Shown: piece by piece, positions 12,039 to 23,900 of the stretch | Numbering within the stretch: position 1 is the first letter of the stretch | How the letters are laid out: each line of letters starts with the position of its first letter | Source of the DNA: Paragordius varius | Taxonomy: Eukaryota > Animalia > Nematomorpha | Direction: 5' to 3' | DNA: 64,000 bases | Assembly (NCBI GenBank): GCA_964247055.1 | Contig: OZ176050.1 | Location: forward strand, 6,882,001-6,946,000 | Notes under the pieces: model-generated | Database searches by the model: none | What the model was told of the DNA's origin: nothing | What the model saw: only the letters and a program-made list of their open reading frames with translations | Program-made: the position numbers and the translations under genes

Positions 12039-13106
12039 TCAGGTGTCATATATCATCACCGGTTTAACTAGTAGAACACGTAAGCCAGTACGCAGACGAT
12101 TAATTTGATACAGACTTAATTTTGTTCCTCTTACATTAATCTAACCCACAAGTTGACTCCGCCACAAACTAGCGTCTCATTTTCATCATTCAGTAATCAT
12201 GTCATATTTTCTGCCTGAAAAAGAACATTTGCTGCATGTATTGTTTTTTTATATTATTAGAAGAAAGGGGTATTGAAAGTGATAGATGTAAAACCATGTG
12301 GCGTACAATCACGAACCGTGAAGTGGTTTCAATTTAAAAATTATTTCAATGTGAAAGGCAATGGGCGCTGGGGTAGACCACACAGCTGCGAACGATAAAG
12401 TGCAAGTATTGGATGATGACACAACTCAACGCTAGTAGAATGACAGGTATAAAAAAACAATCAGCAGGTCTGCGGCACTGGGAAAGATTAGTTGAATCGG
12501 TAAATGGGCCGCACGCTATAATGCACAATCCAAAATCAAAAGGAAATCATTTTTGTTTGTAAATCCAGAGCGGAAATAATCTTGGATTTTATTGCGGGGT
12601 AAACCACACTCTTTGCTGATGGGACAGGAACGGAAGTATCTATTATAAACGTTTAAAACCCTGTGAAACTGTTCATACATTACGCTATCACCAATAAATG
12701 AAAAATATAAATCATGCATTAATCAAAAAACGACCGAAATAGGCATAAAGACTTGGCAAAAGGAGTGCATGACAATTCTCCCTCTCGCACAGCGATACCA
12801 GGGAAGATTGAAATTGTTGTGATGAATTCTTCCCATCCACTCTACTCTCCGGACATGACGCCATCTGACTAATACATCTTCGCATCAATACTTTTTACCC
12901 TCGAAGGGCAGCACTTCAATAACTTCAAATACTTAGGGGAAAGCTTGATGAAAGGGTTTTACAAAAATCAGTTCTTCTGGCACAGCATTTATACTTTACT
13001 GAGAGATGGGCAAAATGTGTAGAAGCCGATAGACCATAGTAAAAAATAATTACTAATATTCCTTCTTTTTTACTAAAAAACAGTGAAAATTTATCACTAC
13101 ACCTGA
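12039..13106 (+). mobile_element. decayed Mos1-like mariner transposon
   Basis: TIRs TCAGGTGT and ACACCTGA, with TA on the left. The broken translation gives MSYFLPEKEHL, WFQFK, GRWGRP, GKWAAR, WDRNGSIYYKRLKPCETV, HDN, HPLYSPDMTPSD and ERWAKCV, collinear with Mos1 transposase. Many stops and frameshifts. Confidence 0.9.
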
Positions 13107-14073
13107 TCAATAATTGTCTAATTATAATATTTGCTTAATGAAAATTATTTTTTTGTATCCTTAACATTTTCGCCTATTAATGTGAAATGACAAAAAACTA
13201 AAATAATATTTGGCGGCAAAGATGGTTTTATGGGAAAAAAATCAAAATATTTCTTTCAATAAAACGCTTAAATGTTTTAATAAGAATATTTTAAATTAAG
13301 CCCAAGCGGATTCTAAAATCGCAATAGGGTCAATAAACCACCACAAAAATAAACAAATATTAACAACAACGAAACACTCAAAAAGATATTCTTGCCCTAA
13401 AATATATCAAAATCAATAAGTTAGATCATTTAATGCTCTAATATAACGATTTGGAATTGGTTTTGAAGAGCCAAAATTATTTTCAGAACCAAAATAAACC
13501 GACTAACTTTCACTAAGAGGCACTCTGCCAATTTAGAATCTGAAATAGATACATAGTCTATTTTTTCAGCCTAGAATAATTTTATATAATAATTTTTAAT
13601 ATTATCTATTTAAATATCTGAATAAAATTCTGTCGCTCTACCTGCAGAAACATTAAGATTTATTTGGAAGATCTTTTTTACATGATAACAAAAATGAAAT
13701 ATGTATTTTTTGGAGGATCAACCTTATATGTAAATTACTGTTTTGTGGAAAATATTTTGTAAATTACTCGCAACAAATTAAAAAATTTGAAAGAGTGTTT
13801 AATTTCTTATTTTATGATGAATATCTTTTTTAGACATCAGGACAATTTTTCTATTTAGTAACCGGCTGTTTGTTTCCATATGCTATCCAATCCAATTGCC
13901 TAAAATCTTGATAAAAAATGTCCTTTTAAGTGAGTTTTTTGGCATTTGTTTAATCATGCTTTAATTTTTCATTTTTATTATAATATTTTTTTATAATTTA
14001 TCTTATGTCATTCCTAGACTTTTTAGAAAGTAATTATTAAATATGTTTATGATAATATATTTTTTTTAAATAG

Positions 14074-14895
14074 TTAATACCCAATTGGCAACCAAATTAT
14101 CCAGCGATGACTCACAAGTTAGTGAAAAAATATCAATAAAGCCGGCATTTGATAAGGGTAAATTGTTTGAAGTTTCATATGAGCGGAGATACTCTGTATG
14201 CTATAAATCACCAATGCCTATTCGATCAAAAGAAGATCAAGATAAAATTTTTAATAGTTTAACCCATGTATCTAGTTATTTACACAAAGCTATCGTTGAT
14301 AAAAATAATTTTTCACGAAACAATTTTGTGAAAACAAATAAACGTACGACATTTCCATACATTTACGACGCCCAGGTAGATCCTGACATCAATAGGTTTA
14401 CAAGAAATTTTACGATTCCATCGGCAAAACCTTTATCTATTTTAAGTGCTTCAGCCTTTTCTTCCATGAATGATTTAATGGCCATAGAAAATGTTCAAAA
14501 TCTGGGGAATAATGGTATTGGCCCAACGTTTTCTTGCTATAAGCTACCGATTGCTCATTGGTTTTATCAAAAACGCAAAAATGCAGCGCTAATAAATACC
14601 CTGACTAAATCACAAAGTTTGAACTCTCACGTAAAATTAAATGCATTACAAACGCATGATGGAACTCTCATTCCATGCGTTAATGAGGAACAGGAAACTA
14701 AAACAGCAAAAAAACTTCAAAATCATTTTGGAAATGCCGCTGACAATATAACATTCCATGAATCAGATCTTATTAATACTACCGATAAAAATGAGGCTGA
14801 CAACTTATCGTCCAACAAGCCTAAAGAAGAAAATTATTGGGAACCTTTTAGTCTGGTTGATTCACAAAAAATTGAAGCTTGTTACTCCAAATTAA

Positions 14896-14930
<35 letters not shown>

Positions 14931-17900
14931 TAATGTTTTTTAAAATAAATTTTTAGTCATTTTTTAGTTTTTATGGGATTAATTTGTACTTTATATTCGT
15001 TATTTACAACTATATTTTTTTTAATGTTTATGCATCATCTAAAAAATTTGACACACACACACACACACTTCTTAACATAACTTGTCATTTAATGATTAAT
15101 TAAATTTTTTTTAATTAACTGTATTACTTAACTCAATTTAAATATGACAACATTTTAATCAATAAATTCATTCAAACTGCGCTGCTCTATTACATAAGAC
15201 TTACTCATTAAATAATTAATCAATAAACGTTATATATGTTAATTAATATATAACTAAACCAACTTTGGCAATTATTAAGCATCTAAATTTTTTACTTAGA
15301 TGCAAAATATAGGATGGACATATTTCGACTTAAAGATTACCCTATGGGCAAATTTGATTTTATAAAAACATTTTTATTTATCCCAGAGGCTTTAATTTGT
15401 AATACTAGATTTTCGAAAATATAATTATCAAACATTGTATTTATATATTAGCGAAAAAACTTAAATTTTTACAATTCTATGTCGTTTACAGAGGGGTGTC
15501 CAACTCAACGAAAAATTTGAAAAAATATAAAATTAAATTTAAATTCTATAATATGCAAAAATTTTCATATGTAGCAAAATCAATATCATTTTTCACTTCA
15601 AAATATTATTTAAATCCATTCCCTTAATTTGCTCATAAATTTATTTTTATTGATTAAACATTGATTGTTCGTAACGGGTTAATTAATTTAAACAGTTAAA
15701 TATTTATATATATTACATTTCATCCTTTAATCACGGTTTTTTTGGGGTCAAAAATAATTTATATTTTTTTATTCGACCCTTGTAGCCATTTTTGTTGGGC
15801 CCTCCCAGTTTACAGTCTGAAATTTGGCTCTTACATTTAATTGATATGAACAGACGATTTAATATATTACCGAAAATAAGCTGTCATATAAATTAATCAT
15901 TTAAGTTAATTAGTTTGTCAGATTTTAAGCGATTTAGTTAACAACACTTATTCTGGCAAAACGTTTGCCTTAATTTTATATTTATTGGAAATGTGACCAA
16001 AACCCTATAGAATGTATTTTTCATATTTCACCCATTATCTTATATATTTTTAAGATATTTAATTTGGTTATACATTAACCCAAGGTTATGAGGTGTTAAA
16101 GCCTATCATTGTCTTTAATTATTACATTGCTAAAAAATATTGTCTTTTTAATACAAATGTGTTTTAAAATCAATCTATAAATCCAAAATAATTTTTTAAT
16201 AGAAATGTCTGACAATCACAACAATGAACACATCGTACATACTGATGGGGGACGCTATGACGTTGATTTAGAAAGTATGCTTAGAACACCTGTATATTGG
16301 GCTGAACCGGAAAATGTTTATAGGGTTAAGCGATGTACATGGTATTACATTGATCAATATAATGGACGATACGTTCCCTACAATCAAGAAATTTCTGAAA
16401 GATTAGAGGTATTTACAATTTATAGTAATAAATTTCAAAATTGTTAAAACCACTTTAATAAATGCCTTGTTTTTTTTATTAAAAAGAATGTTTTTAGCCA
16501 TCTTTTTGTGATATATGCAGATCGCTACCATATTATTAATATTGTTAGTAACACAAAGTGGCACTAAAATCCATTTTAACACCTCTTTTGGAACGCAACA
16601 TCCAGGTGCTAAAAATTTGCACTTTTATTAACGTAATAAAATTCATACACCATTATACTCATTTATTAATGAAATTTTAGTAAATTTACTTTTTTCATTC
16701 AATAATAAAATAAATATTAAACCATTTTTTTGAAGCACCCGAAAATTTTGCAAACAAATTTTTTTCTTAATAGAATGAATATCGCAAGGGTATCATGTCG
16801 GATGATTGGAACCGCAAAATAGTTATTTCATCAAATGAAATGTACATTTTGTATGATGCGCAACACATTTCACACATTGTCTCTAATCCACGTAGGGATG
16901 AATGGGGTGGATCCTTGATTTTTGTATGTTTTATATTGATTTATATTTTTTATACCAATTCAATTTCCATTTCTAAGATTTTACATATATATATTCATTA
17001 TAAAATTGATATTTATTTAATTTATTACACTGCTCAACAAGGTTTTGCACCACCCCATTTTTTTCATTTTCTGATACCTAATGGCATGGAACGGCCAAAA
17101 CAAAAAAATAGAGGTTACCAATAGGATTTTTCCAAAATTTAATTTTTAAATTTGTTTTTAATTTGAAAATAACAATCATTCTACGTGTACATATGTTTGA
17201 ATATTCAAACGAGCAAGTCGATACAAGTAATATTCCAGAGCCAGGTATTTTCATTATAATTTTAGCACGAAAATGCAAAAATGATACAAATAAATTTTGC
17301 ATCTGTTGTGGTAAATATATATTTAAGAAAAATAACTTGCGGAATATCGATGTTAATACTGGAAAACTTTTTACAAAATATTTTGATACTAAAATTGATA
17401 ACACTAGTCGACAAATTTGGACATTTTTGAGCTCTACCACTCAAAATATTGAATTATGACTAATTTCAGTGTTTTAAAACCGAATCTGGAAAAATTTTTG
17501 ATCCCACCAATCAGAATTTTGAGATATTATAGGTTCAATTTTTCAAAACAAGAGAAAATCGAGAGAAAATTAAATATAACTTTATAATAAAATGTTATTA
17601 TATTATAAAATTAATATCATTATAAAGCTTTCTAAACTCTATCTTTTGAATATAAATATGTCATTTAAATATCAGGGTGAAAAAAATAGTACGGATATAA
17701 ACGTCAAAATTGAATTTTTTTTTAAGTTAATTTTAAACATGTAAAAATTTATATTTAAAAAATACTAAAAGAGGCATTCTATGATTTAAACCTTCGGCTT
17801 TCAGATAGGCTATATTTATTTTGTTAGTTTTCGTTATTTCGAGTACTTAATAGGGTTTTTCTTTTCGCTTGATTCTTACAAAAAATCCTTTATTTATACC

Positions 17901-20900
17901 TAGTGTATATTATTTATTTTTTAATATCATTGGTTGGTCTGTATTTTGAATTCTAGATGGATGTTGTGTAACCACTTTTAGTAGAATTCACTCTTATGGG
18001 ATTGGACCATTTGTATTTACCTAATCTTTTTATTCGATTTAATTGTATAATTTATCTAACTTGATTCTGTGAATTGGTTAATTTGACATGTCAATTTGCC
18101 TGGATTTTGCTTGCAGATCTCTCTTATCGGGCTTTACGACTCCTTGTTATCTTTGCCATATCTGTCATTATTATAGGATCGCTTGGGGGATATGCAGAGC
18201 TTCTGCGTGCAGCCGCCCGGATCTATCACACTATACATAAGCCCTTTTAGATTTTTATATTTTGGCTCTTAGCTTGTTTAGTATCTTATTTAATGCCTAG
18301 AATTTTGTTATTCATGCAAATAATTTTTTTGTGCAAATTTTATTGTTGATTATAGTCTATATATCCATTTACTCGTATATCTTTGTAGGTACTTCCACAA
18401 AAAATTGTATAAATACATATTAAAATTATTCTCAATATATTCATATTCTTTTTAACTACAAATTTTTAATTAATATATTCAATAAAATGAATATTTATTT
18501 ATTGTATGTATTTAAAATAATAATTATATAGCATTAAAATTCCAGATAAAATCAGATTTCATGTTAATATTATTTCGGGCGTTGTATCTTGCTTTAAATC
18601 TTTTTATATCCTGGTGCATTCGCCGCCAACTTGATCGGTAATGCTATTGAGCGGGAATCTTTCAATATGTTCATCTATTATGTGTAGCTTCATAGTCATT
18701 TTACAGCCTACATTTTATAAAATAATATACCGATCCGATGATAACTTTCTACAAGCTCCTGAGCTAATATTTTATAATCCTCTAACTTTTGTGTAGATAA
18801 TAAGTTTATAAAAGATTTATCGTGAAATTTTTTTTTGATTAACGGGCCATTAGCAACCCCAGCCTCAGCTTTGGCTTTACTGAGATTATAATGGTTTTGA
18901 AAGAAAATAAATGACGTCGAATCTTTTTCAAGATTCTTTATAAATATTGAGAAAATTCCCAGCAATATACGCAAATGAGGTATGTATATTTTAACAATAT
19001 TGATAAGGGGCTCCATAATCTGATTGAAATTTCCAATATGATAACTTCGAGCACCCCAGCCCTTCTAAACATAATGCTAGTGTCTCATTCTGCTATTCCA
19101 GAGACAGAACAAGCAGTGATATTTAGGGAATCCACCCTGAAGACCTGCCAGCATTAATAAAACCTAGAATATATTTCGGATTTTACTTTAAAATCACCCA
19201 CAACATTCCAACCATGAGTTTTGTAAGATATTTTTTCCACTGTATCTTTAAAAACTTGGTAAGATTCCTTGCATTTTCGGCCATATACAATAACCACTGG
19301 TTTCTTGGCATTAGTTTTATGGAGTAATATCATCTTCAAACTCAGCTTTTAAATATAATATATAATAGTAAAACCAATTTGCTATCCACGAAAAGAGCCC
19401 AATTTTCAGGATTGTAGGAAGTATTAGCTCCTCCATTAATCCTTTTATATCATTGCAGTGGATATTTTTATTAAGTTCCGTAAAAATTTTAGTTTTGATT
19501 GTCTATTTCTACGAGTAACATTCCCGCTTGATATAACGTTTGTCTCATGCAAAAGAGATAATAACCCTTCAGCAGCATTTTTTGGCAGTTTATATTTTTT
19601 AATATAAACATCAACGGCATTTTCAGATAAAGTTTTATTTAATGGATCATCAATAACATTTTCTGTAGAGTCTTCGTCAATAAAAATATCATCTGTGGCA
19701 TCGTATTCTGGGGCTGGTATATTTGGATCATTTGGTACCGGTCTAATAGCGGTAGGTACATACGGGGTAAACAATTGGTTTTTTTATATCGCTTTGCCCG
19801 AAAAGCTTTGAAATTATCAAAAAGACAAAAATGGCACTCTAAAATATATGTTATGGGAACCTTGATCATGATTTGCTAGGATACGCCATATCATGGGTAC
19901 GGAAAATGGCATTATATTTTTATGATTCTTTTAACCGAATGCCAAGAAACCAGTGGTTATTGTATATGGCCGAAAATGCAAGGAATCTTACCAAGTTTTT
20001 AAAGATACACTGTAAAAAATATCCTACAAAACTGATGGTTGAATGTTGTGGGTGATTTTAGTGTAAAATCCGTGATATATTTTAGGTTGTATTAATGCTG
20101 GCAGGTCTTCAGGGTTGATTTCCTAAATATCACTGCTTGTTCTGTCTCTGGAATAGCAGAATGAGACACCAGCATTATGTTAAGAAGGGCTGAGGTGCTT
20201 TAAGTTATGTTATTGGAAATTTCAATCAGATTATGGAGCACCTTATCAATATTGAGAAAATATACATACCACCTTTGCATATATTGCTGAGAATTTTCTC
20301 AATATTTATAAATGATCTTGAAAAAGATTCGGCGTCATTTATTTTCGTTCAAAACCATTATAAACTCAGTAAAGCCAAAGCTGAGGCTGGGGTTGCTAAT
20401 AGCCTAATCAAAAAAATTTTTCACGATAAATCTTTTATAAACTTATTATCTACAAAAGAAAAAAAGCTTTTGAAGCTTTAAAAAAATTCAACACTGGTTT
20501 TTTGGGTATAATATATTTTTAAATATTAGGTTTATAAAAGTCAGAGGATTATAAAATATTAGCTCAGGAGCTTGTAGAAAGTTATCATCGGATGGGTATA
20601 TTATTATATAAAATGTAGGCTGTAAAATGACTATGAAGCTACAAATAATAGATGATTATATTAAAAGATTCCCGCTCTACCGATCAAGTTGAGGAGTGAA
20701 TGCACCAGGATATAAAAAGATTTGAAGCAAGATACAACGCGCGAAACAATATTAACATGATTTCTGATTTTATCTGGAATTTTAATGCTAGAGAATTATT
20801 ATTTTAAATATATACAGTAAATAAATATTCATTTTATTGAATATAATAATTAAAAATTTGTAGTTAAAAAGAAAATGAATATATTGAGAATAATTTTTAT

Positions 20901-23900
20901 ATGTATTTATACAATTTTTTTGGGAAATACCTACAAAGATATCCGAGTAAATAGATATATAGACTATAATCAACACTAAAATTTGGTACAAAAAATTTAT
21001 TTGCATAAATAACAAAATTCTAGGCACTAAATTATAAGATACTAAACAAGCTAAGAGCCAAAGTATAAAAAATCTAAAAGGGCTTACGTATAGTATGATA
21101 GATCCGGGCGGCTGCACAAGCTCTGCATATCCCCCAAGCGATCCTATAATTATGCCAGATATGGCAAAGATAACAATAAGTAATCGTAAAGCCCGATAAG
21201 AGAGACTTGCAAACAAAATCCAGGCAAATTGACATGTCAAATTAACCAATTCACAGAATAAAGTGAGATAAATTCTACAATTAAATCGAATATAAAGATT
21301 AGGTAAATACAAATGGTCCAATCCCATAACAGTGAATTCTACTAAAAGTGGCTACACAACATCCATCTGAATTTCAAAATACAGACCAACCAATGAACGT
21401 TATTAAGTACTCGAATTAACTAAAACTAACAAAATAAATATACCCTATTTAAAAGCTGAAGGTTTAAACCATAGAATGCCTCTTTTAGTATTTTTTAAAT
21501 ATAAATTTGTACATGTTTAAAATTAACTTAAAAAAAAGACTCAATTTTGACGTTTATATCCGTACTATTTTTTTCACTCTGATATTTAAATGACATATTT
21601 ATATTCAAAAGATAGAGTTTAAAACGCTTTATTAAATGATATTAATTTATAATATAATAACATTTTATTATAAAGTTATATTTAATTTTCTCTCGATTTT
21701 CTCTTGTTTTTGAAAAATTGAAAAACCTTAAATATCTCAAAATTCTGATTGGCGGGATCAAAAATTTTTCCAGATTCGGTTTTAAAAAAATTTTAAGTGG
21801 TGGTGCTCAAAAATGTCTAAATTTGTCGACTAGTGTTATTTGATATTATTATGTAAATTAATTGTATGGTTAAAAGAGGATAATATTTAGTAGACAATAA
21901 TACCTTTTTAATAACTTGTTGTTTGGTTAATTTAGTCAAAATGTACCATATTTAAATAATGTTTTAATCAAATTAAAACAATTTAATGTTGTTTAATTAA
22001 TAAATATAAGGATGCCAGACCAAGTAAATTGGTGGTAAAACGAGGTGTTTCAGAATGGGATACAATTCGCAAGGAACCGGACTTGCCTATAGATCATGTC
22101 ATATTTGTCATACATGGGATTGGAGAGTTTTGTGATTTCAAGTTTCGAACCGTTAACCAATGTGGTAAAATTTTGAATTTGATATTTTTAAAATTAATTA
22201 AAGTTCGTTTACCATTTTTAGAGTTTTATTTAAAATGGTGAATACATTTTATAAAAGTCTAAACTTACAAAGCAGCAACTTAAAGATTGACGAGTATTAA
22301 AAAAGTATTTATGCGGCTTTTTAAAATGTCTATTTTACATTTATTTCATAAAGGAATTTTATGCTAAAAAATATCTGCTTTCATAGCCAATATTGCTAGA
22401 ATTCATCTTTATCTGATATATTAATAACATTATGACAGTCGATGGTTGGAGGGAAATGGGTAGTGCCCTACAGAAAACGCATTTCAAACAATACATGGAT
22501 AAAGGGCAAATTGGAAGGGTTGAGTTCATTCCATGTAATTGGCATAAGATATTGCATGGCGAAAGTACGGGTATAGATAGGTACTAAAATTTTTATATCA
22601 TTTTTTATTTAAAAAAATCGTAATAGCTAAATTTCTATTTCTGATGATATTGATATAAATTACGTATTTATCTATTTTTTTGTTATGGTTTTCCAATTAT
22701 ATAATTGTTATTGCATTTTAGTCGTTTGCAATCCATTACATTGTCTAGCATTAAAAAATTGCGTGATTATGCCAATGATACTCTAGTCGATATACTTTTT
22801 TATACAAGTCCTATATATTGTCAGGTATAATTTTTGTTTTAATTATATATATATTATCATTATTATTTTTTTTTATTTTTACTTAATATATTGAAAAAGA
22901 TACTATTATGTATCGAAAATTTTGGGTATAGTTTATATATAATTTTTGATGTTTTAGAACAGGGGTGTCCAATACAACTGGTTTCGAGGGCCACAGTTTT
23001 GGATCAAAAATTTGACAGGCCGCATTCATAAAAAATATGGGAATCAACATATATTTTATTCGATTTTTAACATAAGACTGTAAAAACAACTATTTATTAT
23101 AATAAAATTTGCTAGTTCATTGCCAAAATTCGGAAAGACTTATGCAGAATATTTGTTTAAAATAATCAATTATTTTTAGATTTTTGTTAAATATTATATT
23201 TAAAATTTCGCGCGGGCTGCAGAAATATTTCAGTGGGCTGCGTGTTGGACACCCCTGTTTTAGAAAAATCCGTATTTATCCGTGAATTTATATAATATTT
23301 CAAATAAAAGAAATATTTTTGACCAAAAACAATTACAAATTTATAGTATCAATTAATATTAATGCTATTCTTTCTTAAATCGTCTTTATCTAAACGATTT
23401 AGATTCAACTAAATTGATCATAATCTGTTTTATTCCTTTTATTTTTTTAGACTATCATAGATACCGTGTGCAATGAACTTAATCGATTATATCAACTCTT
23501 TATAGAACGTAATCCAAACTACCAAGGAACAACGTCTATCATTGGGCATAGTCTTGGTAGGTTAAATTGTTTTATACTAACAAATTTTTCTATTTTACTA
23601 TTTTTTCGAATTTAATCTCTTGTTTTATTATTAATTTATTGTTAATCATAATTAATTATGCTTGTAAATAATATTTTAGGTTCATTAATTGCATTTGATC
23701 TTTTGAGTCACCAACGAGCTCAAAAAGAGCAAACTCAGCCGGAAAAGTCGATCGAATCCCCTGAAGATGAAACATTTAACTCATCATCCAAAAATAAATC
23801 AATGGATATCGGTAAATTATTTATTTTAGCAGGGCTTATTGAAAAATAAAAAAATTACATACTATAATACCAGTAGTAGGTATATTGATTCAATAATGAG

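Larger units (their letters stand above)
17028..21835 (+). mobile_element. Chapaev3-like (CMC superfamily) DNA transposon, outer copy, internally deleted and interrupted by an antisense copy
   Basis: Termini CACTGCTCAACAA and TTGTCGACTAGTG, with a TTA TSD at 17025-17027 and 21836-21838. The transposase N-terminus [17 protein letters not shown]...KYFDTKID lies at 17267-17400. The C-terminal half ([46 protein letters not shown]) lies at 19938-20790. Confidence 0.9.

Noticed and set aside
20525-20545. In-frame TAA in the transposase as a sign of a ciliate (TAR=Gln) genetic code
   Set aside because: It is an isolated case. Gln is otherwise encoded by CAA/CAG, and the TAGs in the left arm correspond to sense codons in the right arm, so decay explains it.
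17402-21835. Assignment as plant-type CACTA/EnSpm from the CACTA...TAGTG ends
   Set aside because: The transposase motifs and TWA targets fit the Chapaev3 group, and the 17402 end belongs to a nested copy (its flanks TAA and TTA are not a TSD pair).
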